A DNA stretch of 64,000 bases from Chiloscyllium plagiosum (Eukaryota): positions 75,656,064-75,720,063 of the forward strand of contig NC_057719.1 of assembly GCF_004010195.1 (NCBI RefSeq), in the 5' to 3' direction. Positions within the stretch are counted from its first letter, which is position 1; each line of letters begins with the position of its first letter. This document shows, piece by piece, positions 37,519-51,048 of this stretch. Below the pieces are notes generated by a model. That model had not been told where the DNA came from, made no database searches, and saw only the letters and a program-made list of their open reading frames with translations. Position numbers and translations under genes: made by a program.

Positions 37519-38537
37519 CTGTGATTTGTCAGAGCCAAGGAACAAAGCAGATCTTGTTTTGGACCTTTAAATTCAGAAGAGCATCTATTTTGACTGAAAA
37601 CAAAAAGTGCTGGAAATCACAGAGGGTCAGGCAGCATCCATGGAGAGGGAGCAGGCTAAGCATCTACTTTGCCCGGGAAGAAGTGGGAAAAACAATCTAC
37701 CTTGGCTGCCGACATTGGGAAAAACATTGCAAGGAAACAGAATTAAAAGATTGAAAGCAATAAGTTACTGCAGAACAGCCACTTACTGAATTTAAAGCTT
37801 TATTCATAAGGACCTTTGTTTTTTATGTTTTTATATCTTTTGATTTTGTGTTTTTATAAAAAAGGTCTGAAATGAGAAAAAGAAACTCTCTTTTAAAATC
37901 TGTTGTATGAAAGATGTCTGCACTTTTGAAAACAGGTAATGTCTTACCAATGGTAGGCATTGCAAGCAACTGCTTGAGTAAACAGTACTTGAAGCTCAGA
38001 TTCCAGGAAACTTGGAGCCAAGAATGTGTAGTGACACTGCTGTTGTTTGAAACAAGAAGTTGATTGGTTTGTGGACTGGTGATGGTTATCAATGACAGAG
38101 ACCTTTTGCTTGCCAACAGTTGTGTAACGGGTTCTTGTTGGCTGATCAGCTTGGAGCTGGAAACAAATTACTGAGGCACAGAGAATGAAAGAGAGAGGGG
38201 AAAATAAATGTGCAGATCTTCTCCAAGCCCAGAAGATGTCTGTTGGCTGCAGTTAAATCACATGAATAAACCTGAAGAAAGCCAGTTACCTTTGCTATTG
38301 CACTTGCTGTGACTTTTGAATTGATAAGTAAGAGACATTGTCCAAGTGAATCATTCACTCTGTACTTCTTACAAACCAGTGGAAGTAGCCAGAAGCAAAC
38401 AACTGAACAACAAGAAGTCTGGCCAGCTGAAGGAGGGTCATCTCAACATCAGAATTCGGAAGCAAAGAACAATAATTGGACTTACCAGCTTTTCTGCCTC
38501 TGCCAATAATCTACTCCCCCTGTTTGTAAATGCATTT

Positions 38538-38641
38538 CTGTGTGTGTGTACACATGGACGTATATGTGTGCATGTCTGTGTATGTGAATATGTTTGTCTG
38601 TATGTGTTTCTGTGTGTGTGTGTGCATTTGTGGGTATGTGT
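38538..38641. repeat. Degenerate (TG)n microsatellite
   Basis: Interrupted tgtgtg runs. Confidence 0.8.
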
Positions 38642-40159
38642 TCTTATTAATGCAATGAGTCCATCGCTATTAGGCGGACATTTATTGCCTGGCTCAGAGG
38701 GCTGTTAAGAGTCAGCCACATAGCTGTGGGTCTGGAGTCACATGTAGTCCAGATGAGGATGGCATTGCGTGTGCACATCTGTGAAGGAGAGTTTATAAAA
38801 GGATTAAAGTTTCAGTCAGTACGGTTATATGTCCATGGTTTATATCCCTTTACCTGTGTAGCTCTAGTCTAATTACTTAAAATAAATCATAAATTTTGTT
38901 CAGTATAGAAACCTGGTCACTGCTTTCCACAAAGCTTGGCCTGGTAATCAGGTAAATTAGGGTACTGTGCATACTTGAAAAAAAAAATCTTTTAACATTT
39001 GTTATGATTCCAGGAAGATTTTACTCGATTTTACAGTGCACTACTCCAGTGTGTCATAGTGTATTAAAGAAGTTACTACAGTACCACTGAAACACAGATT
39101 TTAAAAAGACTGGAAAAAATAAAAGATTATGCTGCTGTTGTATTTCCCTAATCACATTGTTTTATAAATGTCATGGCACATCTATGGAGTAAGTAGGATT
39201 TGAAGCCAGGACTCCTGGCCCACTACCTCTGCACCACAAGCATGTAGTACATGCCTAGAAAACTTTACAGCAATAAAACTTCAAACAGCATCATGAATAA
39301 AAAAAATACAAGGCTAAAAAACAGATTTAAAACTCTACTGAATTGCTACAGATTTAAAACAACTTTACAGTAATTAGAATTAATAAATTCGCCAAGAAGA
39401 AACAGAAGGAGAATACATTGACACAGATTCAAGGTCAGAGATGGGCCATAGAAAACACAAGATCAAATATAGAATTGCTTCAATAGTAAACACTAAATTT
39501 GTACACTATTCAGTCGGTGTTATAACAGATGTTATTAATCCTTGTTAATAATTAACATTCAGAATTTCAGAATAATGGAAGTACATGTGGTTACTCACAC
39601 AAAACGATCTATAGAGTTAAGCATCCACAACCACTAAAAAAAGTAACCATATTAGACAGCATACCTCCATTAGGAATGATACCAGAGGCATTCCAAAGTG
39701 AAATTATTGATTGAATAAAAGTAGTGATTCAACCAATTCAACATTCATAGAGCTTACTTGTGTCAATTGACACCTTGTCAGTTATAAGTTTGATACAGGA
39801 ATAACTTGTCATTATCCTGTCAGATCATATATCATGACTGAAGAAACAGAAGTTACATCGAAAATTCCTAAGGACGAAGACTTGCTACAAGTGACATCAT
39901 AGCACAGAGTTCAAGACTTCAAAATGTGTATGTGGTTCACAATCAACGCTATGTACTTTTGTGGACATCAGGGAACTGTTTCATACTGTCATCAGGAAAG
40001 AACTCAAAACAAGAAGATGTTAATGGGATTGATCAAACTGTCTAATCCTCTTTCTTCAAAAACAGGAAAGCTCATGCAAATGTCAAAGATTGGTGAACAG
40101 CCATCCCCACTAACTCAACTGAGGATGTGAAAATGTCTGGTTGGCCAGTCAAACAACCA

Positions 40160-40992
40160 CAGAGTTACAGAGTCATAGGGTATTACAGCATAGAAACCCT
40201 TCAGTCCAACTCGTCCATGCCAACCCACTATTCTAAATTAATTTAGTCCCATTTACCAGCATTTGCTCCATATCCCTTTAAACCCTTCCTATTCACATAC
40301 CCATCCGGATGCCTTTTAAATGCTGTAACTGTACAAGCCTCCACCACCTTCACATGCAGCTCATTCCGTACATGCACTACCATGTGCATGAAAACGTTGC
40401 CCCTTAGGTTCCTTTTAAATCTTTCCTCTCTCACATTAAACCTATGTAATCTAGTTTTGGACTCCCTACCATGGGAAAAAATACCTCTATCCATGCCCCC
40501 CATGATTTTATAAACTTCTCTAAACTCACGTCTCAGCATCTCATACTCCAGAGAAAACAGTCCCACCTATTCAGCTTCTCCCTATCGCCAAACCCTCCAA
40601 CCCCGGCAACATCCTTGTAAATCTTTTCTGAACCCTTTCAAGTTTCACAACATCTTTGCTATAGCAGGGAGACCAAAATTGAATGCAGTATTCCCAAAGT
40701 GGCCTAACAATGTCCTGTACAACTGCAACATGATTTCCCAACTCCTAGACTCTGTACTGACCAATAAAGGCAAGCATAGCAAATGCCTTCTTCACATACT
40801 GCCTGTGTGTAACTCCACCTTCAAGGAGCTATGAACCTGAACCCCAAGGTTTCTTTGTTTGGCAACACTCCCTAGGACTCTCCCGTTAAGCGTATAAGTC
40901 TTGCCCTGATATACCTCTCCAAAATGCAGCACCTCACATTTATCTAAATTAAACTCCATCTGCTACTCCTCGGTCTATTGGCCCATCTGATC
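40160..40992 (-). mobile_element. HER1/CR1 3' end
   Basis: LGLFSLE, REVYKIM and FKRH motifs plus HER1 UTR. Confidence 0.9.
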
Positions 40993-42892
40993 GGTGACTG
41001 AAGATGTCCAACCCAATTAAGAAAGAGAACATGAGCTACATGTGATGTCATGGAAATCAGACCAACATCCACAGATTCAGGACACAGTCAAAATGAAGAA
41101 ATTGCCTGCTTTGAAAATCCAGGACATTGCTAAGAAAGAGAATGCCTGTTTTAATTGAAAGGGTGTTGCCTGGTCCAGAAATCCAAAATATTGCAAAGAA
41201 CATACTGTTTCAACAGAACAGTTACCTCCCATGAGGTCCCCAGATCATGTTATGCATGAGGCAATTTCCTGAGATACCAGGGAAGAGTTACTCTGTGAAG
41301 GGAATTCAGGAGATTAAAGGTCCTCCAGATAAGGCAATGGACAAATGACTTATGGAAACCAGGAGCAATATTCAAGATTTTCAACGGAGAAGAGATCCGC
41401 AGATCATTATCAAGGTCACCAATCCTCCAACAAAACATCTATCATTCTCCCAAGTGTGAAGACAGTGAATCCTGGGAAAGTTGTATAAAGTCCAGAGGGC
41501 ATACACTTGTGAAGTCAGGGATGTGGGAGTAGATGGAGTTATGATCAATGTAATATAACTACATGTATGTATGTATAATAGTTTATGATGTGAACCAGGC
41601 TTGATCTGAGATGGTGTGTAATAGATCTGAAAATTGTATTACATTGAGTTCTACCCAATCTGATGGTCTCATAGTGGAATCAGTTGAGTAATGCATTGAG
41701 TTGAGTACCCAAAGGTAGCTGACAAATTTTGCACAGTTCCAGAGAGTCTTTACTTTTTGAGGCTTAATTAATGAAGTAAACTATGTGTGGGTGTCATGTG
41801 ATCAACTACCTTGTTAAGTCAGGTAAGTGTCTCTTCTGTTTTGGCTCGACAATATCCCTTTCTCTAACATTGATAGTGAGATTGGTCCTCAACACAGCAC
41901 CGATGGTTAGGCACTGAGCTTGATTCTTGGTCAATTAAAACACTTAGATTCAGAATTTGTGTTGTGCGCATCATCCAGTTGAGGTACAAATTTGGAATTC
42001 ATCCAGAAGGCAGGTTTCCAACCCCACTTTGAAGGTATGGCCTATTGTCCATAAGGCATTGAGGACCATGAGTAAAGATGGAATTCATGTTCACGTTAAT
42101 TTGTGCATTTGAATTGCAGATGCCAATGCATCTCAGTGTTGTAAATTGAAACAGGACAAATAAGCAACATAAGCTCAAATAGCGGGTCTGGAGTGCAGCA
42201 GTCTCTTGCTGGGAAGATCCAAGGTGTATGTGTGATGCGAGAAAGGTGACCTGGGCTACCTTTTCACCTTTCAAGAATGTCCTATTAGCATATTCAGAGA
42301 CACTTTGCAATGCTGTCCTGGTTGACTAATGGATGAAGGTTACATCACAACACAGAACGAGGTCACCTTTAGATTGCTGGAATGTACTGCAGGTAGAGGA
42401 AAAAAAATGTTTTAATAAGCTTAACGTCTTGCACGCATTCGTAATCCGGTCCCATAGGGGTAAGTGGAAAACACTCAGATGTGGCCCGGCTTGTAGTTAA
42501 TAAAACGATGAGTGTTAACATGCTGGCTGCTCAGAGGGTTCTGTGAGAGTGGAATTTTCCTGTGAGTCAGCACTCTAAAGTGCAAAGCGAGTGCAGAGCT
42601 GAGTATGAAGAACTTTCAGGTCATTGTGTTCTTAAAGTGAATGCCGATACCTGCAGTGACCAGGCAAAATGATATCATCACAAATAAAGTAGACATAAAA
42701 ATAAAATAAATCTAGACTCTGGTTAATTTCATTGCCTCACTCTGTGATAAAAGCTCTCCTTAAAAAAAACCTTAACATGCACAGGGAGCAGTCAATGGGT
42801 TGATTGAGTGTTGACATTGTTGCGAATTTATGATGCATGGATTTTTCCGGCTTTCTCCTTCCCTGAATAACATGTGGCCCTTTAAATAAGTC

Positions 42893-43125
42893 TCAGCTTG
42901 ATGGCAGCACTTCAGTTTCTGAATCAGAAGGCTAGGAATTTAAGCCATCCATATAGACTAGAGCACGACCAGTGCAGTACTGAGGAAGTGCCACACTGTT
43001 GGAAGTGTTGGCTTTCAAATGCCACGTTATCCCTTAAATCGATAAAAGTGACAGTACAGTGTAGCACTAACAATGCCAAAATTAAGGGAATTTTCCCTGG
43101 AAACCTGGAATGGTTTATTCTCAGT
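42893..43125 (+). mobile_element. DeuSINE remnant
   Basis: tRNA-like head plus agtgcagtactgaggaagtgccacactgttggaagtg Deu-type segment. Confidence 0.6.
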
Positions 43126-43504
43126 TTCCTGCCATTTTGAAACCTTGCTGCATTGGTTGCTGTGTTTGTCGTACTTAATTAGCTGTGTAACACCATGTGA
43201 TATTCCAGAGTGATGGAAGAGAAAAAGGCAACACACATTCATTCATTGAACAGATGCCATTTGGTTGATTTTTGTCCAGACATTTTATTTCCCTTTGATT
43301 TTATGTTTAATGCACCATACACTTGTAATGTCAGCAATCACTGGGACTTGGGACAGGGTTGCACTAACTGATTTAAGTTGTGCAACCAATGGAGAAAAGC
43401 TAAATTTTAGTTAATCTTCCTCAACTGGATTGGTCTCTGAATTTGGTGTAAGGTTAACCATACTGGGTTATTTTAGCTTTGAAAGCTTACAAATGCAATT
43501 TAGA

Positions 43505-44078
43505 GCATAGCAAAAAAACGAGCCCTTTGGCCCATGATGTTTTGCCAAACATGACACCAAATTAAACTAATCCCTTCTGCCTTGGTCCATATCTCTCCAT
43601 TCCTTGTATATTCTTGTGCTTATCTAAAAGCCCCTTAAAGGCCCAATTATATTTGCCTTCACCACCACCCCTGACAGAACGTCGCATCTCCCTCTCACCT
43701 TAAATGCATGCCCCCTAGTATTAGACAGTTCACTCTGGGGATAAAGATTCTGACCCTATCCATGAATCTCGTAATTTTATAGACTTCTATCAAATCTTCC
43801 ATCACTCCAGAGAAAAGAACCCAATTTTTTCTAGCTTCTCCTTATAGCTCATACCCTCTAATCGAAGCAGCAACCAGGTAAGCCTCTTTTGCACCCTCTC
43901 CAAAGCCTCCACATCCGTCTTGTAACGTGGCGACCAGAACTGAACGGAATACTCTTAGGAGCAGCCTAACCAAAGTCTTTGAAAGCTGCAACATGACGTC
44001 CTGACTCTTGTATTCAGTGCCCTGACCAGTAAAGGCAATCATGCCGTACGTCTTCTTTACCACGCTATCTACTTGTGG
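43505..44078 (-). mobile_element. CR1/HER1 3' end
   Basis: VVKKTYGMIAF..QGTEYKSQDVMLQL.KTLVR. Confidence 0.88.
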
Positions 44079-44461
44079 GAAACAGAATTTGAACTTACAG
44101 CAAGGAGGCCAATTATTAAAGAATGAATGAATGAAAGGTTAGTTTCTGTCAAAATACCAAGTTGGTCCATTCAGCTCAGCTGTCTGTCAATGTTGCCAAA
44201 CAACTTACTGACGTAATTTGTTCAGTGGTTTCATCACACAGTGTTGGAATAATCTTGTCATGCTGTGTAATTCTCGAAGTCTTCACAATTAAGTATACTC
44301 AATTTCCTGTTCCTACTTTCTCCTCACACACTTCGATCTCATTTGTTCTGAAAACTAAGAACTGTATCTAATTGTGCTGCCTTGTCCGAGCTGCTGTAAT
44401 TTACTTCAAACCTTTTCATGTCTGACACTCTAAACATGGAGTGGGCATTAAAAACATTTTG

Positions 44462-47400
44462 GAGGGGGAGATTCAAGATGGCGGCAGTCTGAAAAGCCTG
44501 CTGTGTTGGGCCCTGTGCCATACCCTAAGCAAGGTGGGCTTCTAACTCCACCTTCCCCCATTAGCCACCCCTAAAAAAAATTGTCCGTGTAAAGCAGGTA
44601 GAAGACCTAGAACCTTTTCAATTTGAATTTGGAGGCTTTTGAATCGAGATGAAGGCAAACAAGGGAAAGGGTGCAAGAGGAGCACAGCAGGAAGGGCACT
44701 ACCCTATTGTGTCAGGTACACCCGTAGTCACTGCTTCGACTCCTGTGGCAGTGCCTCTGAGCTTGGTGGAGCAGCAGCACCTATTGTTGGAGTTTGCAAA
44801 ACTCCGTGAAAAGATCAAAACGGTCCTGGAACTGATTTCTGCCATGCTGAAGAAACATGAGCAGGAGATACAGACATTGGATTGACACATGGAAGCGGTC
44901 CAGCAAAGGGCCATGGCATCGGAGACTGCAAAGGAGAATTCCGAAGGGCGGGTCTGAACCTCGGAAGGCCAGCTTCGGGCCTTGCTGGAACAGGTCGACG
45001 ACCTCAAAAAACAAGGTCAGAAAAAATTCTTACATGTAGTGGGCCTTCTGGAGTGAGGAAGGCGAGAATCTGGCCAGGTCCCTGGAGAAGTGGCTCCTGG
45101 AGTTGCTGGGGCTGGAGGTGGAGTTGGGCCGGGTGAGTGTGGAGCGGGCCCACCGGATTGCGATGCGCACGTCCGGGTCGGGTCAGCATCCCCACGAGAA
45201 TGAAAAGCAGTTAATAATAGAAACAGCCAGAAGACTGGGAAGAGACCCACAGGCTCTGGTATATAAAGGTTCGAGAATAATGTTTTTTCAATCCTGTTCT
45301 GGGGCTATAATGAAGAAGAGGAAGACTTTTAATGATGTTAAGAAAAAGTTAAGAGACGTAAGTATGCAGTATTCTCTGAGGTACCTGGCAGTACTCTGTT
45401 TTAATTATGGCCGATCTGTCTATAACTTCAACTCGGCAGAAAAAGCAAAAGAATTTGTGAACTCTCTGAAATAATAAACTTGGACTGAGGGGGAAAGAGA
45501 AAAAGATGTGTGTGGAGAATAGCATCTCTTTCATGGTCTCGGGCCTTTTAGGCTTGGTATTGCTTTGGTGTAAAATCTGGTTTGTTTTATATTATATCTG
45601 TTTGGTGGTTATCTGTTATTTTACTGTTCTGTTTTTCTGGGTGAGGGGTGGTTACTTCATTGGTGTAAAGATGTGTGGAGTTGAGATGTGGAGGAGAGGG
45701 GAAGGTGTCCATTGTTAACTTGTAGGAGTGTAAATAACATGTTTCTTTTTCCATTGCCTGAGTTTGGGCCACGGCCCTAACAAGGCAGCTGTAAGATTGG
45801 GAATCAATGTTTCCTACAGGCGAGGGGGGAGATCTCTGGAGATTAGTAGTTTTGTTTATTTGTTCAAGTTAGGAGTAATGGTTAGTTTCTTAGTTTTAGT
45901 GATTTTAGTTGTGTTTGTAGGGACACTTTTGAGATTTGAAAGAGTCATTGTTTTTTCCACTCGTCGCACATTGAATGGGCTTCTTCCTCTCGAGGAATCA
46001 CAGGTTGTAGTGAGTGGTCATGGCTGGCGATCTGGTCAGGTGGTGCACCTGGAATACAAAGGGGAGCCATTCCCCATTAAAAGGAAGAAGGTCCTCTCAA
46101 ATCTTAGGAAGGAAAGGGTTGACATCACGCTGTTGCAAGAGACACATTTAACCAATAGAGAATATCTGAAGTTATAACAGGGGGGATACAATAGGGTATT
46201 CTTCTCCTTCTTCAACTCCAAAAGCAGAGGAGTGGCCATACTGATATGAAGGAACCTCCCATTTCAGGTGATAGAACAAATCAAGGATAAGTATGGGGTG
46301 TTCATCATTCTCAGGGCTCTGGTACACTGAGCCCTGAGAATTGGGGTATGGCATCCTGAACGTTTACTGTTCTCTGGCGCATGCTCTCAAATTTTTAGTT
46401 GATGGAGCCTCTACCTTAATGGCTCTTGGGGTGTGCCATACAATTATTGGAGGAGACTTTAATTGTCTCATGGACCCTGGGGTAGACAGGATGCCAAGGG
46501 GTCCATTGGGTACACCTCGGCAGTCTGAACAGTTAGTGGACTTGTGTAAGGAGTTGGGACTAGTGGATGTGTGGAGGTGTCTCCACTCTAATGGGAGAAA
46601 TTTTACCTTTTACTCCAACCCGCGCAAGTGTCACAGAAGAATTGGTATGTTCTTTGTTCCGTCAGTTTGTTTGGACTTGGTGTAGGCCTGCAGGATTGGG
46701 AACGTAACTATTTCAGACCATGCGGTAGTGTACTTGGATGTTAAGACCAACGGTAGTGGAATAGACACATGGCACTGGCGCATGGATCTGTTTCTGTTGA
46801 GGGATGGCAACTTTGTACTGTACAGTACATTACAAGGGAGTTCAGGGCTCTTTGGGACATCAGTTGGGGCATGGCTAGTAATCCATCGATGCTTTGAGAG
46901 ACCACCAAGGCGTATTTAAGGGGTCTGATTATTTTATACTCAGCAATGAGAAGGAGGCAGAGAGGACAGCAGCAGCGGATGCTTGAGGCTCAGCTGAAGG
47001 CAGCTGAATCGGCACATCATACCAGAGCATCCGTGGTTAAATTGCAATGGGTCACGGCTCTCCGGGCTGCTGTGGACTCAGCGCTCACACAAGTGGCAAA
47101 GAGAGGGGTCTCCTTTGCAAAGCAAAGGCTGTTTGAATATGGGGATAAGCCAGGTAGATACATGGCTTAGATACCTGGCTTGGATGAAAAGTGTTCCACA
47201 GACCATTGTGTCTATCAGGGAGAGAATGGGTAACATCACTTGTGAGCTGAAAAAGATTAATGCCAGATTCTGGGAATTCTATGCAGAGCTATACCAGTCA
47301 GAGGGCTGTGGGGATTGAGAAGCGAGAGTGGAATCCTTTTTTGAAAACCTGGACCTCCCCGGTATAAATGCAGATCGGGCCTCCCTTTTAAATGCACCTC

Positions 47401-47865
47401 GGACAGTACTGGAGGTGCAAGAGGCGGTAAGGCAGCTCCAAGGTGGTAAGGCTCCCGGTCCAGACGGGTTCCTGAGTGAATTTTACAAGGAGTTTATACA
47501 TATGTCAATTGAACCACTGCTGGAGATGTATAGTCATTCGTATAGCCAGGACTGCCTTCCGTCCTCTCTTAGGGAGGCCGGTATTTCCCTTATTATAAAG
47601 AAAGGAAAAGACCCCGCAGATTGCACATTGTACAGACCCATCTCATTGTTGAATGTAGACTTCAAAATTTTATCAAAGATGCTGACTCTGAAGTTGGAAA
47701 AGGTACTGCCCGTTATTATAAAAAGGTTTTATCAAGGGCCGCAGCTCTTCCGATAATATCAGGAGGATATTGAATGTAGTGCAAATATGTCAGCAGAGAT
47801 TGATTCCGGGCTTGATGGTCTCTCTGGATGCAGAAAAGGCTTTTGATTGGGTGGAATGGTCGTGT
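44462..47865 (+). mobile_element. L1-clade LINE, 5'-intact and 3'-deleted (5' UTR, ORF1, endonuclease, start of RT)
   Basis: ORF1 remnants (VERAHR, RKTFNDVKKKL, YSLRYLA); ORF2 from about 46020 (WCTWNTKG, LLQETHL, IGGDFN, LVDVWR, SDHA), then KAPGPDGF, YRPISLLNVDFKIL and SLDAEKAFDWVEW where homology stops. Confidence 0.93.
44474..44485 (+). promoter_or_regulatory. YY1 motif at the L1 5' end
   Basis: CAAGATGGCGGC directly after a G-rich start (gggggagatt), as in vertebrate L1 internal promoters. Confidence 0.7.
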
Positions 47866-47867
47866 TC

Positions 47868-48047
47868 TAGATGTAGGTTTGCTTGCTGAGCTGGAAGGCT
47901 CATTTCCAGATGTTTCGTCACCCTACTAGGTAATATCTTCAGTGGGCCTCAGGCGAAGCACTGTACGTGATTCCTGCTTTCTATTTCTATGTTTGGATTT
48001 CTTTGGGTTGGTGATGTTATTTCCCGTGGTGATGTCATTTCCTGTTC
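47868..48047 (-). mobile_element. Penelope-like element terminal remnant with HHR
   Basis: Minus strand ca-CTGAAGA-t-attacctagtagggtgac-GAAA-ca-TC-tg at 47907-47944; a different PLE family from the hairpin elements. Confidence 0.7.
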
Positions 48048-48250
48048 TGGTAAATCCCTTCTGAACCCCCTCCAGCTTAATAATAGCCTTCCTGTAATTG
48101 GGTGACTAGAATTGGACTCAGTACTCCAGAAGAGGCCTCACCAATGTCCTATACAATCACAACATGACTTCCCAATTCTTGTATTCAAAGGACTCTTACG
48201 TGATGCAAACTTTAAAGCATTATGTACCTGAACCCCAAGATCAATCTTCT
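48048..48250 (-). mobile_element. CR1 internal fragment
   Basis: ctggtaaatcccttctgaaccccctccagc...ggcctcaccaatgtcct. Confidence 0.7.
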
Positions 48251-48299
48251 GCTCCTTATCTAAATTGCATTTAGGACCCAAGGTTCCGACTTAGCTGCT

Positions 48300-48592
48300 A
48301 GTTAGATTAGGTTCCCTACAGTGTGGAAACAGGCCCTTCGGCCTAACAAGTCCACACCTACCCTCCGAATTTCCTCTGACTAATGCACCTAACACTATGG
48401 GCAGTTTAGCATGGCCAATCCACCTGACTTGCACATCTTTGGATTGTGGGAGGAAACTGGAGCACCCAGAGGAAACCCATGCAGACACGGGGAGAATGTG
48501 CAAACTCCACACAGTTGCCTGAGGCTGGAATCAAACCCAGGTCCTTGGTGCTATGAGACTGCACTGCTAACCACTGACCAACCATGCCACCC
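48300..48592 (-). mobile_element. HE1 V-SINE
   Basis: Head, V-domain and tail. Confidence 0.9.
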
Positions 48593-50502
48593 TGTCAAAA
48601 CTGCATTTGGATCTCAGAGCAAGCTTCTTAGAAAACAAGTGACTGGCAGACACATACATTGTTCACAAACCCATAATACATTCTCATCAAATGACAGCAC
48701 TGTATCAGTTGTGCTAATCCTTAATGATACAATCAAATCTCTTGCATTGGACAACCGAAGCTTTACCAGGCTCTCATTGCAACACAGTGGCATAAGGAAA
48801 TTGTAGCCAGAGCAGGGGTAGATCAAGAAGCCCCTGAAACCTCTTCCATGTTTCAATAAGATCTCTGTTGAACATGTCATTAGCTCCACTTTTTTACCAC
48901 ACCCCTATTTTCCTTACCTTAGCGTCCAAGAATATTTCTGTCTCAGCTTTGAAAATACTCAAGTGATTATAGGCATCCACAGCTTTGTGTGACAGTGAAC
49001 TTTATATATTCACAATACTTCTCATCTCAAATGAAGATACTTCTCATCTCAAACCTAAAAGACCGACTCCTTATCCTGAAACTCTGACACCCTAATTCAA
49101 GAATCTCCAACCAGGGGAAGAAGCCTTATTCCTCAAGACTTTGGCCCTAAACCCCTCCCCCCGACCCCAGCCATTTTAAATTGCTTGGGAGAAAGCCAAC
49201 TACATTCCAGTTCAAGCTCTGGGCTGCAAATGCTGACAGACTATGCAACATGTTTAGTGCAATTCTGATTCGACTAATTGGTATTCAGCAGCTACCAATC
49301 AATTTCATTGAACATATTTACTGACAAGCATCTCTATTACCAAAATAAAAACGCTCTGCACACCTTGAATGCAATTTCTTGGAGGATGTATAATACGCTG
49401 ATTTCTGAGTCTTTGGTGGGAGTGGATAAGAAAAGAAAAAACACCCAGATGGTTCTGTGGGTACAGAAACAGGAGGACGATCCCAGATGTGATTCCCCAG
49501 TCACAATAGTCAAGAGTTGCAATACATACAACTGTTACAGTTTAGCTATCTGCCAATACACTGTCTTCACAGTTCAAGCATACAAACTGTGACTCAGTGC
49601 CGTGAACACAATAGTAAGTCATGGGCCAGACAATTAACTACTCATGAAAACTATAGTGCGTAACCAACCACAAGGATTCTTGACAAGTAAGGTAATGAAA
49701 TATTATTGAGAGTTAGGTAGAAATATGGAGTAAGCAGATCAGCCACCATCTTGTTGAATATCAGTACAGGCTTGAGATGCAGAGTGGCCAATATTCTGCT
49801 TTTAATTCATATATCCTTACCCAGAAAAAAAGACCACCAGGGTCTCTCTTGTGTATTTTGAGAAGGTTCTGTCTAAAATTAATTGATAAATTTATTGATA
49901 AGCAGCATAATTATCTGGAATCAATAACATGCAGCAAGTATTAGTGCTATAAATACTAATTAGGATGGAATAGTTAAAAATTAGACCATAATTCCTTTCT
50001 CACACTGTTATTTTAGCTGCTGATTTTAACAGTGACTGAACTTGCTCCTGGAGTCCTGAGAATCATTAGTAATAAATGTAAAACGGGGTCACATAATCAG
50101 GAATGTTCTGTTAAGCCCCATAAGAAAAGGTTTGATCTTTACAATCACATGGACCTCCAGACTCCTCATGAGAAAAGACCTTCAAATCCCCTTCCTACCC
50201 TCTTGGACTAACTTATTGTTAATGCCTTTCTTCAGTTGGGGACAGGGCTCGCTAGGCTGGTGCGCTGGAAATTAAACCCTGCTTTTGCTGGAATCATCAC
50301 AAAGGTTAAACATTTTTGAATAAGTGCACAAATTTCTCCAATTTTTAAATTGAGGTTGACAGAAAGTATAGACTAGGTATCTGTACTTAACAAGAATGGC
50401 TAATTATTACAAGTGAATAGACTCTGGCTAAGGGAAACAGTTATTCACTATTAGCATATAACCATATAACTCTATGCATTAACTCTAATCTCCATATAAA
50501 AT

Positions 50503-50572
50503 CTCTCTCTCACACACGCACGCGTGCACGCATACACACACACACGTGTGCACACACACACACACACATACA
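50503..50572. repeat. (CT)n/(CA)n compound microsatellite
   Basis: Visible dinucleotide runs. Confidence 0.85.
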
Positions 50573-50751
50573 GAGTTTCACAGGATCTGCCATGATGGTT
50601 CACATGCTGATCAGAACCCTGTTTCTCAACCTTACTTCTCCAGGTCTTCATTGGTTGGAAGGAGGTATATGATGGCTAGTTCAAACTTATACAAGGTCCA
50701 TGACTTTTAGTTCAAAGTTACAGTTTACAGCAACTGCTAAAGGAAGCACAG

Positions 50752-51048
50752 AGGGCAGCATGGTGGCTCAGTGGTTAGCATTGCTGCCTTACAGCACCAG
50801 GGACCTGGGTTCGATTCCAGCTTTGGGCGACTGCCTGTATGGAGTTTGCACATTCTCCCCACGTCTGCGTGGGTTTCCTCCTATAGTCAAAGATGTGCAG
50901 ATCAGGTGAATTGGCCATGCTAAATTGCCCATTGCGTTAGGTGCATTAATCAGAGGGAAATGGGTCTGGGGGGTTACTCTTCGGAGGGTTGGTGTGGACT
51001 TGTTGGGCCAAAGGGCCTGTTTCCACACTGTAGGGAATCGAATCTAAA
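50752..51048 (+). mobile_element. HE1 V-SINE
   Basis: gggcagcatggtggctcagtggttagca...gggttcgattcc head, V-domain, tail. Confidence 0.92.

Noticed and set aside
36590..41560. Gypsy/ERV internal region and LTR (about 36.6-39.06 kb and 39.4-41.5 kb, between the other inserts)
   Set aside because: LTR-like texture, but I could not read diagnostic gag/pol motifs, paired LTRs or a PBS.
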